DNA of 64,000 bases from a virus, in the IMG/VR virus record IMGVR_UViG_3300042288_001089, positions 4,072-68,071 of that record; one strand, given 5' to 3'. The notes beneath the pieces were generated by a model that was not told where the DNA came from, ran no database searches, and was given only the letters and a program-made list of their open reading frames with translations. This document shows, one piece after another, positions 10,774 to 20,530 of this stretch (position 1 is the first letter of the stretch; the number at the start of each line of letters is the position of its first letter). Both the position numbers and the translations under genes were made by a program.

Positions 10774-13700
10774 TTATATTTTATAGAGTTTGAAATAATC
10801 CGTTGCTTCTTTTATCTCTCCCATATCACGCTTAGAAACCTTCACTTGGTCGGCTATCAGTGCGTAACCTGCGGCCATGGCTATGTCAAACTTAGTCGTG
10901 TTTGATATGTCAAAGTCCAGCCAGTCCTGAATCAGATCCTTGAAATACACAACCTCTATGTAGTTGTTTATGTAATCCTCGGTCAGTTCAGCTATCTGCT
11001 GGTGCGTCTTTGGACTTGCAGCAATACCCGGCTGGTTTCTTTCCGGTAGCCAAGTCAGGAAGTTCCCATAGTTTCGGTCGTTGAAATAGTTCAACATACC
11101 TATCTTGTTGTTCTCGAACAGCAAACTACAACCATAGTATACCGCCATCTTCAGCATGTCCTCATAGAAGATGACCACGCTGTCTGGCCGGTGAACATAC
11201 TTCGCAACAAATGCGTAGTTGTACTTGTCCCCCGAGGCGGCAGAATACTTCTGTAGAACTATCCCGGCACCGTTCGACCTCCTCCCATCTTCTGTGGTGT
11301 TGTGGTCTATCGGGTCTACTCCGATCACAAACTTGGTATTGTTGTTGGGATAGAAAAGTTCGCCCCTCTTCAATACCTTGTTGCTATCCATCTCATCATC
11401 GAATAGTTTTACCACTTCCCACTTGCCATTCCTTGACGGCTCCCAGATGACACGACTATCCTTTTGTCCACCTTCCCACACAAAGTTACCTCTTGTTGTT
11501 ATATTATCCTTCCAACTGAGCCTATCTAACCTTTCGTTCAGCTTCATGGCGTCATAAAGACACTTGTTGCCGTCTATCCTGAACGCCTCTTCCCAGCTTA
11601 ATGGTTCCTTTCTGATGACCGAGCTGAGAGATCTTGGGTCATTTGCAAGAAGTTTCCTCTCCTCAAGTATCTCGTTCAGTGCCATCTCCCTGTTTGCTAT
11701 ACCATACTTGTCGTAGTACCTTGTCTGGTCTGCCGAACAGAAGTACCTGTACAGGCCACTGGGAGTTCTCTTGCCGGTCTTGTTTGTGTGGTCCGACTTG
11801 TCCCATATGGTCTTAAACGCCTGACCGCCCTGTTCCATATCTTCGACCGTTGTAGTAAGGAGCGACTTGCCTATGATCCTTCCCTCGTCATCTAGGTGGC
11901 AGTATCTGGTAACAAGGTACCTGTCCCAAACATTTATGTCTGCAGTCTTCCCCACCTCATCTCCTAAGTACCTCTGAAGCTTCTGACCGTCATATGATAT
12001 CGCCTCGGATGTCTTCCAGTCTATCATTGACTCAAGCTCTTCGTCATCTTTTATTGACTCCGCCTTTTTACCTTTCACCGTTGTTCGGTAGAACCTAAGC
12101 TCAGATGTTGGTGTCAGACCCTTTGACTGGTCATATACCGGTATGAAGAAATCTGGGAGTTTCTTGAATGGTTGAATGATTGCCTTACGGAATACTTCTT
12201 TTGCATCCGATCCGGTCTTTGATTGTACCCCCGATCTGGAATTATTAGCCCGGGAAGTATATTCATAAAGGAACACACCTCCACGATAGGTATTATGAAC
12301 CACAGTTCCATCCGCCAGTAGGAATAGATGGTTGTCATCAACGGCAAAACCATAGTACTCCCCAATCCCAACATCTTCAATCTTAAAACCAAACCTCATG
12401 GAGTTTACCCTGTGCTTAACATTTAATGCTTTTTTTCTATCTATTCTGCACGGTATCCTGTGTATGTTTCCATAAATGGAAACCCTATAAACATCACACC
12501 TATAAACAGACCCGTCAGCCCTTTTCATGCTCGCCACCTTTTTGATAATGCTGGTGTAAAAGCCTAAACTTCTTGACAGTTCAACAATGCCATCAGCAAG
12601 TTCTTTTCTTTTCTGGGTAATCTCATAGCATGTTTGGAATCCCCTTATTATTGATAGGTGACCATCCGTATCTATCAAGCCTGCCAACAAGTCCAGCCTA
12701 TTCTTTTCGCTGTCTATTAGATACTCGGATGGGATGTGCTTATTGTTTATCACATTGCAATCCCTCAACCCTTGGCGGTATATATTAACACCCTTCTGCT
12801 CTTTTTTTACTATAGCGTATGTGACTTCATCCCGATCAACCACAGAATAATTAATTGATTCCGCATACCTTTCTATCTCATCCCTAACTTCCGGGTCAAC
12901 ACCAGTTATGTTCCCAAAAGTTTTGCATCCATCTCCAAGATAAACGCCCATGATATAAGGAGGGATTGAATGGGAAACCTCTTCAAAATTTTTACCCCAT
13001 CCAGTCCTATACATGACAAGGTGATCCTTCTCCCACTGCTTAAGAAGAAGATAGTCTTTTACAGAAATATTAACAGTTGAGTCTTTCTCCCATCCATAGA
13101 TAGAATGTTTAGCAGCCCCATTCCATATGAGGGTTAGTATATGAGATTCGTTACAAGAAAATGGATCGCCCTTTCTTGGGATAATTTTATACATCCTTTC
13201 AGACCCAGATGTAGAACCATAAACCAGTCTAGGTGTGGAATCATCACCCATAACAAACTCCCCGTCTACAATATCTTGAACCATCTTTATAGATCCATCG
13301 TACATCCTGATCGGGGTATCTTTTGCAAAGCATTTCCCTTGCCTCCTTTTGGTTATCTCAACCATTCCAAAACACTCGGGATCATCTATACAATACTGAA
13401 GGAAATAGAAATATCTCCTGTCCGTGTCCCTGTATTTTGGCAGGCCAGTATCAAGGTGCCAGTAATTTAGGTAGAAGTAATGAAGACCGGTTATGTATGT
13501 GTCAACGCCATTGTTCTTAAACCAGAAACCATTCAGCCGGCGGTCCCATTCCTGCTGCCTGAACTGCTCAAGCACCGGGTCAAAATATTCATTATCCTCA
13601 GACTGCTTCTTTATTTCCTTCTCTCTTAGTTTTTTGTAATCCTTTGGAAGCTTTGTATATTCCCAGTACTGCTCAGATTTTTGGGGCAGGCGTACATAGA

Positions 13701-13815
13701 CACCACGCTTCTCAATGCTGCCAGTGATGATGTTATAAACATACCCGGCCGGCGGGATGTTACATATCAAACCCTGCACATCTTCTGTGGTTCCCTTATC
13801 TATTGGATTGAACAT
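10774..13815 (-). CDS. terL: Terminase large subunit, interrupted by an intein
   Basis: ITGLHYFYLNY, KRRQGK|T Walker A, DEVGK Walker B, VIGVDP nuclease motif. Confidence 0.92.
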   Translation of the reverse strand: MFNPIDKGTTEDVQGLICNIPPAGYVYNIITGSIEKRGVYVRLPQKSEQYWEYTKLPKDYKKLREKEIKKQSEDNEYFDPVLEQFRQQEWDRRLNGFWFKNNGVDTYITGLHYFYLNYWHLDTGLPKYRDTDRRYFYFLQYCIDDPECFGMVEITKRRQGKCFAKDTPIRMYDGSIKMVQDIVDGEFVMGDDSTPRLVYGSTSGSERMYKIIPRKGDPFSCNESHILTLIWNGAAKHSIYGWEKDSTVNISVKDYLLLKQWEKDHLVMYRTGWGKNFEEVSHSIPPYIMGVYLGDGCKTFGNITGVDPEVRDEIERYAESINYSVVDRDEVTYAIVKKEQKGVNIYRQGLRDCNVINNKHIPSEYLIDSEKNRLDLLAGLIDTDGHLSIIRGFQTCYEITQKRKELADGIVELSRSLGFYTSIIKKVASMKRADGSVYRCDVYRVSIYGNIHRIPCRIDRKKALNVKHRVNSMRFGFKIEDVGIGEYYGFAVDDNHLFLLADGTVVHNTYRGGVFLYEYTSRANNSRSGVQSKTGSDAKEVFRKAIIQPFKKLPDFFIPVYDQSKGLTPTSELRFYRTTVKGKKAESIKDDEELESMIDWKTSEAISYDGQKLQRYLGDEVGKTADINVWDRYLVTRYCHLDDEGRIIGKSLLTTTVEDMEQGGQAFKTIWDKSDHTNKTGKRTPSGLYRYFCSADQTRYYDKYGIANREMALNEILEERKLLANDPRSLSSVIRKEPLSWEEAFRIDGNKCLYDAMKLNERLDRLSWKDNITTRGNFVWEGGQKDSRVIWEPSRNGKWEVVKLFDDEMDSNKVLKRGELFYPNNNTKFVIGVDPIDHNTTEDGRRSNGAGIVLQKYSAASGDKYNYAFVAKYVHRPDSVVIFYEDMLKMAVYYGCSLLFENNKIGMLNYFNDRNYGNFLTWLPERNQPGIAASPKTHQQIAELTEDYINNYIEVVYFKDLIQDWLDFDISNTTKFDIAMAAGYALIADQVKVSKRDMGEIKEATDYFKLYKI
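12292..13332 (-). mobile_element. Intein with LAGLIDADG homing endonuclease (347 aa)
   Basis: Begins CFAKDTPIRMYDG, ends GTVVHN followed by Thr; motifs GVYLGDG and LLAGLIDTDG. Confidence 0.93.
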
Positions 13816-14428
13816 TTGCTATCTCCTCCGGCCTGAGCCTCTTTCTTATTGTTATTGCGTTATCAAGATCTTCATCTCCGCCGCTTAGTTCATTGTAATA
13901 CTTCTGAAGTCTCTGGTATATCTCATCCTGAGAGGTCATGATCTGGGTCTTGATATTGATCGCCTGCAGAATGTCCTTGTCCCTGCTGCCATCTACCGGC
14001 ATCATAACCCTGCGGTTGTACTCAAAGAATGCCTGCTCATTTGATACTATCATGGTCCACACCCAGTTATTCTGGTACTGCAGATATAACATGATCATGT
14101 CTATGAGTTCATTGTATGGCTCGTACTCGTCCTCTACCTTGATCTTAAAATCAAACAGACAGCTAACATCCTCCAGATCGTAGCCGGCCAGATCGGCAGC
14201 AAACTTTTTCCTCTTCCCAAGTTCTGGATAATGCTTTCTGAGTGGACTATTTATGTCGTACATCAGCAGGATGTACCTGACCATCTTGTCAATTCTTTCC
14301 TTTACTTTCTGATCCTTGGAGTCAAACTTTGGCTTTACTATCTCATAGAGCTTGGGATACACCGCAAAGATGTTCTTCTTGACAAGTGGGTCAAACTCCA
14401 TTTTCTTATACTCTCTTTCGTCAATCAT
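13796..14428 (-). CDS. Putative terminase small subunit
   Basis: 210 aa helical protein overlapping the terL start; positional inference. Confidence 0.45.
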   Translation of the reverse strand: MIDEREYKKMEFDPLVKKNIFAVYPKLYEIVKPKFDSKDQKVKERIDKMVRYILLMYDINSPLRKHYPELGKRKKFAADLAGYDLEDVSCLFDFKIKVEDEYEPYNELIDMIMLYLQYQNNWVWTMIVSNEQAFFEYNRRVMMPVDGSRDKDILQAINIKTQIMTSQDEIYQRLQKYYNELSGGDEDLDNAITIRKRLRPEEIANVQSNR

Positions 14429-15402
14429 TTTAGTTCATGTTTCTTAACTTTCTCATATACCTTCAGTCTTTTTTCTGAGTAGTCTCTTAGGTTATAGTTC
14501 GCCACGCAAAAATCGTACAGATTGTTTGCGGACTTTGTCCGGTACTTCTTGTCTTCAACCAGCTTCCTCACCTGCTCCACAAACTCAGACTCGCCACTGA
14601 AATGATTCACCGGCATTAGCATGTATGGATCCACATAGGATACAACCGCCGGCATTTTAAGCGCAGCAAACTCCAAGACCTTTAGGTTGGACTTCATCCG
14701 GTTGAACTTTGTGTTCTTACTTGGTAAAATACCTATGTCCCCGTCATACTCTGACATGTACTCCTCGGATCCCTTCCATGGCCGGAAGCTGTATGGTATC
14801 ACCCCCCCGGTCAGGTTCTTGACAAGTGGCTCATAGAACGGGCTTTCGTGGTGGCCGGCGATTACATACTCAACCCCCAGATCCGAAAGCTTCTTGTGAG
14901 TGTTCGATATTATCCCGGTATTTGAATAGTTCATTACCGTTGATGCATAAAGAAGCTTCCTTGAAAATTCACGTTTTGTGAACTTGAACTGCCCATGCCC
15001 ATAGTCAATGGCATTGGGTATTATGTACACATTACTATTTGGTATAATATCAGCTAGGTCTTTGTGTGTGACCGTGACGGCGTCAGCCATCATCAGGTGC
15101 TCCCTTATCTGGAGGGACACATTACTCCTGCGCCACCATTCATAAAGTGGGTGATCAGGGTTCACCTCCCACCAATCGTCTGTGTCAACAATAATCTTGA
15201 ACCCGTACTTCTTTCTGAGCCCATCCAAGAATCTTGCAGAAAGCTTTGTGTGCCGGTTATAGTGCAGGACGTCACACCACCTAACATCATCCTCGGATAT
15301 GTTGGCCACCGTCCTAACCTCTGCGTCAAGAAGATTGTTCGGCATGTACACCCTGTGGTAGGACGAACCGTCAAGACCCTTTATGTACGAAAGTATTTTC
15401 AT
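14425..15402 (-). CDS. Glycosyltransferase (GT-B fold)
   Basis: YHRVYMP, DTDDWW, ADAVTVT, IPNAID, FNRMKSNLKVLE motifs. Confidence 0.8.
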   Translation of the reverse strand: MKILSYIKGLDGSSYHRVYMPNNLLDAEVRTVANISEDDVRWCDVLHYNRHTKLSARFLDGLRKKYGFKIIVDTDDWWEVNPDHPLYEWWRRSNVSLQIREHLMMADAVTVTHKDLADIIPNSNVYIIPNAIDYGHGQFKFTKREFSRKLLYASTVMNYSNTGIISNTHKKLSDLGVEYVIAGHHESPFYEPLVKNLTGGVIPYSFRPWKGSEEYMSEYDGDIGILPSKNTKFNRMKSNLKVLEFAALKMPAVVSYVDPYMLMPVNHFSGESEFVEQVRKLVEDKKYRTKSANNLYDFCVANYNLRDYSEKRLKVYEKVKKHELK

Positions 15403-15629
15403 TCTATAGCCTTCTCGAACTCGCCTATGTTCATGAGTATATTATGATCGATCCCAGACTTGGTTGTCAACTTTATGCATGGCTTAACCTGAGATATCAC
15501 ATCGTCATGAAAGTTCAGGTCTGTCTCAATATAAGACTCTATCTGGAACGGATTTATCATCAGGTCAAAAGAAACCACTTCCCCATCAACTGTTATCTCG
15601 TATGCGTTCAGCTTTATAAACCTTCCCAT
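15399..15629 (-). CDS. Hypothetical protein
   Basis: 76 aa, coupled to both neighbours. Confidence 0.55.
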   Translation of the reverse strand: MGRFIKLNAYEITVDGEVVSFDLMINPFQIESYIETDLNFHDDVISQVKPCIKLTTKSGIDHNILMNIGEFEKAIE

Positions 15630-15630
15630 A

Positions 15631-15984
15631 TTAATTGAATTTATCCCACCTTTCCAGATATGTTTGTTTCGGATATATGCACACCTTCATTTCAGAGTAC
15701 GGTATTATGTACCAAGATTTCAACGAGTGTATGTATACTGCGAATATGTCAACATCCCCGGGTTCATACTTCTGGTTTCTCTTCTTCCTGAGGTATATCT
15801 TGTATTCGCTGTTTAACCTCTTTTCATACCAGATGCTTTTTATCTGAACCTTGTGTATATTCCCAGAGTCAACTATCCTGTCATAGGTAGACTGGGAGTT
15901 TACCGGACGGGACACCACAAAGCCCATCTCAATCATCTTAGTATCAAACATCACCTCGGCAAGATCCCCTTTTTCAGAACTCAA
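15631..15984 (-). CDS. PD-(D/E)XK endonuclease
   Basis: KGDLAE...YDRIVD...KVQIKS...DVDIFAVY motif pattern. Confidence 0.75.
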   Translation of the reverse strand: MSSEKGDLAEVMFDTKMIEMGFVVSRPVNSQSTYDRIVDSGNIHKVQIKSIWYEKRLNSEYKIYLRKKRNQKYEPGDVDIFAVYIHSLKSWYIIPYSEMKVCIYPKQTYLERWDKFN

Positions 15985-16468
15985 AGATTTTAGCTTTATC
16001 GAGTGGTAGGTAAGCGTTTACTCTTGTGGCTACACCGCCGTTGCAGGTTTCTTGAGTCTTTGACTTCTTGGTCTTGAACTCAAACAGACGCTGTCCGTTC
16101 ACATCGGTTATCTTCCATATAAGTATGACGTTTTCGGAGATCAGTCTCACTATCAAAAAGAATGGCACACCAAACTGGTATGCCAATTCACCCCCGAACT
16201 TCAGCTTTGTGTACGTCACCAGATAACCCCCGTTCTCGGATAGGTACCTTCTTGTAAGTCTTTTGTCGCCGGCAAATTCTCTGGTTCTTATCTCAGCAAT
16301 CCCGATCATCTTCAGGAGGTCTCCGTCCTTCTTGGCTATCACAACGTCAGCGGTGTGATCCGGCGTTGCGGTGTTTATCAGAACAAATCCCATGCTCTCT
16401 ATAAGAGACTGGGTCTTGTACTGTTCACCCATGAATACTTTCCCCTTCCTCGTTTCGCAGTCCAGCAT
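15974..16468 (-). CDS. Putative restriction-fold nuclease
   Basis: ADVVI...IAEIRTR resembles a PD-(D/E)XK core. Confidence 0.45.
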   Translation of the reverse strand: MLDCETRKGKVFMGEQYKTQSLIESMGFVLINTATPDHTADVVIAKKDGDLLKMIGIAEIRTREFAGDKRLTRRYLSENGGYLVTYTKLKFGGELAYQFGVPFFLIVRLISENVILIWKITDVNGQRLFEFKTKKSKTQETCNGGVATRVNAYLPLDKAKIFEF

Positions 16469-16715
16469 TCTCTCTTCTTTTTTGCTGAAGGGAGTAGATC
16501 ATATCAAGATACCGATGTATCCCGGGCATTCCATCTTTTTCGTATGCCTTTCTCATCCTCCTTTCGTGGTTTATTGGGTGGTTGACTATGTTGGGGAAAT
16601 TCTGCAATTCGCCCTGTTCGTTATAGTCCTCATAAAAGCCGGAGACCGTCTGCTCGTAAACTACGGGCAAACGGTCGGCTATCTGTTTGATGTGTTTGAT
16701 GTCAGACTTGTTCAT
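16425..16715 (-). CDS. Hypothetical protein
   Basis: 96 aa in operon. Confidence 0.55.
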   Translation of the reverse strand: MNKSDIKHIKQIADRLPVVYEQTVSGFYEDYNEQGELQNFPNIVNHPINHERRMRKAYEKDGMPGIHRYLDMIYSLQQKRRENAGLRNEEGESIHG

Positions 16716-17074
16716 TTGAACTTCATCATGTATTTAAGTTTTGTAACCGCCTGCAGCAGATCCGCAGACAGGTTACACAGGGTTTCGTCTTCTATCTCCT
16801 CAGAGGCGTTGTACAGTTCCCGGAACAGAAGTTCGCCGGTAACCACAGTACCTCCGGAGATGTCAAGCACTGCTGCCTCAACCCGGGGAATATACCCGGC
16901 ACCGATACAGTGCTCAATGACCTTGTCATTGAACTCATCCAGAAACTCATAGAACTCTCCAAGTGCCACATGCATTGCGTAGGACTGTGAGACAACCGCA
17001 GTGTTGGCGTGCTCCACCTTTGCAAGTACTGAGAGTGCAAGGAGCTTTCTTACGATCTGAGAAAATTCTTTCAT
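16712..17074 (-). CDS. Ferritin/Dps-like four-helix protein
   Basis: H...SYAMHVALGEFYE...DKVIE...KLKY pattern typical of phage ferritin-like proteins. Confidence 0.6.
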   Translation of the reverse strand: MKEFSQIVRKLLALSVLAKVEHANTAVVSQSYAMHVALGEFYEFLDEFNDKVIEHCIGAGYIPRVEAAVLDISGGTVVTGELLFRELYNASEEIEDETLCNLSADLLQAVTKLKYMMKFK

Positions 17075-17079
17075 TGTTT

Positions 17080-17631
17080 TTAGTTTAGGATTCCAAGAAT
17101 GTTTTCGTTATACATCACATAAAGGTTGTGTCCCTCTATCTTGTTTTCAAACATGCCCCTCTCTTCGAACATCACAACCGATCCGGCGGGGATGGATTCA
17201 TCATTGGAGGCAAACACCCTACCCTGAGTCTTGCGTTTCTTTTTCGCCGTCTCAGGAATTATAAGTGTGCTCTTGACCTCCTCCTCTTCAACCTCTATTA
17301 GGATATGCTCACCGACCGGGATGATCTTCCCACCCCTTACAACCGCAAGGGCTTGGTAGTAGTCTATGACCCAGAGATTATCTCCAAGGAAATTTGTAGT
17401 GTCCTCCACTATCCCATAGTTGAAGTACAGCCTGTCACCGACCTGAACATTACAAACGAAGTCATCTGAAAGGTAGGGATCCCGCTCGGGGGTAGCAACA
17501 ACCTCTGCATAGGGGAATACATTCTCCTGAGGTTTGTAGGAGGTGTCAAGCCAAAGCTTTTCACCGTTGAAGTCTATCTCCTCTTGGTGTGTTTTCTCAA
17601 GTCTAATAATTATCCTTGTAGGGCATTTCAT
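17080..17631 (-). CDS. GroES-like co-chaperonin (two tandem domains)
   Basis: PVGEHILIE...STLIIPETAKKK...GRVFA plus an N-terminal AEVVA...VQVGDRLYF repeat. Confidence 0.7.
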   Translation of the reverse strand: MKCPTRIIIRLEKTHQEEIDFNGEKLWLDTSYKPQENVFPYAEVVATPERDPYLSDDFVCNVQVGDRLYFNYGIVEDTTNFLGDNLWVIDYYQALAVVRGGKIIPVGEHILIEVEEEEVKSTLIIPETAKKKRKTQGRVFASNDESIPAGSVVMFEERGMFENKIEGHNLYVMYNENILGILN

Positions 17632-17643
17632 ATTAGAGATATA

Positions 17644-18102
17644 TTAGAGCTGGAAGTGCATGCCGTCCAACCTCTTAAAGTTACCGCCCCAAACAAAACC
17701 GGCATCTGTAAAGCATTTAACAAACTTTTTAGAAAGCTTTGGGGTTTTGCCCAGACCATTCTCTGCGGCGTTTACATCAATCGCCAGTCCCCAAGAGTGG
17801 GCGGAGATATACTTGGCAGACTCTTCTATCTTGCCGGCATTGACCAGAGTCTGGTACTTTTTCTCGTAACCCCTTATCGGTCTGGTGTTGTAGCAACCAT
17901 CCCAAGTCTTGAGTTCTTTTACTGCGCCGGTTGATATAAGGTTTTTGAATGCCTGAGACAGTGGGGCAATCAGGTCTGGGTGGCAGAAGATCTTTTTTGG
18001 GATGAACCCGATCTCAAGTTCTGCCGGGACGTCCCACACCACCAGCTTCCTTTTGAATGCCGGCGACATGGGGTCTCCGTATTTCTTGTAGTATGCGCTC
18101 AT
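17644..18102 (-). CDS. Endolysin, M15 family zinc peptidase
   Basis: GCYNTR, SAHSWGLAIDVN, WGGNF..DGMHFQ motifs. Confidence 0.88.
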   Translation of the reverse strand: MSAYYKKYGDPMSPAFKRKLVVWDVPAELEIGFIPKKIFCHPDLIAPLSQAFKNLISTGAVKELKTWDGCYNTRPIRGYEKKYQTLVNAGKIEESAKYISAHSWGLAIDVNAAENGLGKTPKLSKKFVKCFTDAGFVWGGNFKRLDGMHFQL

Positions 18103-18350
18103 GATTTAAGTTTCTCCATGTGTTTGGATACAAGCATGTCCTTGTACTGTTTTTTATCGCCGTATTTTACATGACACTCTCTGCAGACCGCCATCAGGTT
18201 TTCTATGTTATTGGCCTCCTTGGATCCTCCCATGCCACGGGCATTGATGTGGTGGATGTCCACCGCAGTTTTTTTACAAACCTCACAGGGAATGAAATCA
18301 TTCTGGTCGTACCCAAAGTGGTCAAGGTAGATCTTTGTGTGCTTCTTCAT
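18099..18350 (-). CDS. HNH endonuclease
   Basis: CEVC...DIHHI...NLMAVCRECH; start MKKHTKIY assumed (ORF extends to 18449). Confidence 0.8.
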   Translation of the reverse strand: MKKHTKIYLDHFGYDQNDFIPCEVCKKTAVDIHHINARGMGGSKEANNIENLMAVCRECHVKYGDKKQYKDMLVSKHMEKLKS

Positions 18351-18445
18351 CTTCTGGTATTCCATCCTGTACTGGTACTGCTGCAACCTTATTCGCCAGT
18401 TCAGGTTGTTGTTGCATGATAACAGTAGAAGTACTACAAGGTATT

Positions 18446-18586
18446 TCATTTCCAGCCCTTCTTTAGTTTGGCAAACTGCTTGGGGCCAACTGTGCTTTTG
18501 CTTTTGGGTTTAGATGTCCCGGCCTTTTTCTTGGCATTGATGTTGTTGACCAGACTGTTCTTTACTCCAAGCTTATTGAGTTTCAT
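18446..18586 (-). CDS. Small basic protein (46 aa)
   Basis: Read manually: MKLNKLGVKNSLVNNINAKKKAGTSKPKSKSTVGPKQFAKLKKGWK. Confidence 0.5.
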   Translation of the reverse strand: MKLNKLGVKNSLVNNINAKKKAGTSKPKSKSTVGPKQFAKLKKGWK

Positions 18587-18863
18587 ATTGAGTAGTTATT
18601 GAGTTTCTTTAAAGAACCACTCATTATAACTACTGCTTAGTGGTTCAGTCTTTCTTCAGCATTGCTTCGCTTAAAAGCGTAGCAGATACACTTGTCGTAA
18701 AAACCCTGCTTGAGCGGACGAGCCCTCCCCCTAGCAAAGCTACCTTTCGGTCAGGGGTTTCGGCCCCTGTCGCTCCTGCTCTCAGCGCTAAACATACCGG
18801 TCTTCCGGTTAAACTTGGCTTGGCTTTTGAATGGTGCCGACCCGAGCAGGTAGAACCATGGAA

Positions 18864-18871
18864 CAAATGTA
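18864..18871 (-). promoter_or_regulatory. -7 promoter element TACATTTG for the leftward late operon
   Basis: TAnnTTTG match in the divergent intergenic region; no clear -33 TTTG. Confidence 0.45.
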
Positions 18872-18935
18872 TGAACAATTTCTTGGATTTGGGAAGGGTG
18901 TGGAAAAGTCGTGTTCGTTCAGTTGTTTTTGTTTG

Positions 18936-18943
18936 TAAATTTG
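18936..18943 (+). promoter_or_regulatory. -7 promoter element TAAATTTG
   Basis: 4 nt before the 5' end of tRNA-like element A. Confidence 0.55.
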
Positions 18944-18947
18944 TTCT

Positions 18948-19080
18948 GTCGGGGGTGGCGGAAATAGACGCTAATAAGGTAAGATTGACTCCAGTTTAGG
19001 CAACTGGTCCTGTTCGTGATGCGCTATGTTAAGTGTCACCAACTTCATTGATCATACAGGTATCGAATCCTGTCCCCGAC
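18948..19080 (+). ncRNA. tRNA-like element A (84-nt insert in place of anticodon/variable arms)
   Basis: Acceptor GTCGGGG/CCCCGAC; D arm TGGCGGAAATAGACGC; T arm ACAGG-TATCGAAT-CCTGT. Confidence 0.8.
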
Positions 19081-19098
19081 AATTTTAAACAACCAAAC

Positions 19099-19563
19099 AT
19101 GAAGATACTAAAAGGCACACACTCCCCGTTCCGTATTCCAAGATTGCTCTTTGGGAAACTTACCATGGAATACGAGGTCACATTCACCGACTCCTGCCGG
19201 TACGAGATTGACACCGACCAGTCGGACATCAACAAGCTTTTCGGGGTGGGGTACTTCCCGCACCATCACAAGAACTCCGTCCGGTTTGGATGGAGGTGGT
19301 ACAATGACCGGCTTGAGGTACTGGCGTACTGGTACCAAAAGGGGGTTAGGAGCAGTAGCTACATCTGCGATGTGGAGCTCAACACGCCAACGGTTTTCAG
19401 GATAGACATCCTCAGGGACGTGCATATACTGACGGTCATGGGGAACCCTGTCAAGACAGACATCTTGGTACCCGGCAGGTGGTTTGGGTATTTCCTCAGG
19501 CCATACTTTGGTGGGAACAGGGTGGCACCTCACAACATCACAATCAAACTAAGGAGACTATAA
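19099..19563 (+). CDS. Hypothetical protein
   Basis: ATG in A-rich context 18 nt after element A; aromatic, beta-rich. Confidence 0.65.
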   Translation: MKILKGTHSPFRIPRLLFGKLTMEYEVTFTDSCRYEIDTDQSDINKLFGVGYFPHHHKNSVRFGWRWYNDRLEVLAYWYQKGVRSSSYICDVELNTPTVFRIDILRDVHILTVMGNPVKTDILVPGRWFGYFLRPYFGGNRVAPHNITIKLRRL

Positions 19564-19871
19564 TGTACAACTACAACGCCAATGTTGTCAAGGTTATTGA
19601 CGGAGACACTGTCCGTCTGGACATAGACCTTGGATTCCGGGTCAGGTGGGTCAGCAACTGCAGGCTGGCATCTATCAACGCTCCCGAGCTCGGTTCGGGG
19701 GGAGAAGAAGCCAGAGACTACCTAAAGACAATCCTCCCAGAAAACTGTAAGGTAGAGATAGTCAGCCGTTCACTGGATAAGTACGGTCGCCCAATAGTGG
19801 ACATCAAGTCCGCTGACGGAACGGTAAACCAGCACCTGATAGACAAGAAACTAGTAAAGCTGTACAAATGA
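19563..19871 (+). CDS. Thermonuclease (SNase-like)
   Basis: VVKVIDGDTV, RLASINAPE, DKYGR motifs. Confidence 0.88.
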   Translation: MYNYNANVVKVIDGDTVRLDIDLGFRVRWVSNCRLASINAPELGSGGEEARDYLKTILPENCKVEIVSRSLDKYGRPIVDIKSADGTVNQHLIDKKLVKLYK

Positions 19872-20530
19872 AGTTGATAGGATACTACGGCGGTGACGAT
19901 ACTCACGCCATGAGCGCATGGACCTCTACCGATCGGGACCCGGATAAGATGTCAAGGATGCCCCAGCTTTTGTATGGTCTGGCTCAGAACGGTCATGAGA
20001 CCCCATTCGAGAAGTCCAGCCTGCACTTCCTGATCACGGTCGATCAGGCCACCCATATCCATCTGCTGAAGCACAGGATCGGGGTTTCGGTCAACGCCGA
20101 GTCTGCCCGGTACAAAGAACTCAAGGAAGATAAGACCTATCTTCCTGAAGACTGGAAAACAATAGAATTATCCGAAGGTCACATCAATCCATTTTTCTAC
20201 GACGATGAAGGGGAAATCAATGACTGGTATGGTGTCCTGAAAGCCTTCACTGAGATGGGTGATCATCTCTACCACCAAGCACTTAAAGACCTAACACCCA
20301 TCCTTGGCCGGCAGAGGGCAAAGGAGTCCGCCCGGTTCTTCAAGACCATGAACAGCGAAATAACCATGGACGTGATGTTCAACTTCCGGTCATTCGTCCA
20401 CTTCTACCGGTTGAGGGCGGATGATCACGCCCAGCTCGAGGTTAGGGAGCTGGCTCGGGGGATGCTGAACCTAATCAAAGAAATACCCGGACAACCATTC
20501 AGACACTCTATAAACGCATTCAAACTATGA
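19868..20530 (+). CDS. thyX: Flavin-dependent thymidylate synthase
   Basis: GHETPFE, HLLKHR...NAESARY, NFRSFVHFYRLR..HAQLEVR. Confidence 0.9.
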   Translation: MKLIGYYGGDDTHAMSAWTSTDRDPDKMSRMPQLLYGLAQNGHETPFEKSSLHFLITVDQATHIHLLKHRIGVSVNAESARYKELKEDKTYLPEDWKTIELSEGHINPFFYDDEGEINDWYGVLKAFTEMGDHLYHQALKDLTPILGRQRAKESARFFKTMNSEITMDVMFNFRSFVHFYRLRADDHAQLEVRELARGMLNLIKEIPGQPFRHSINAFKL

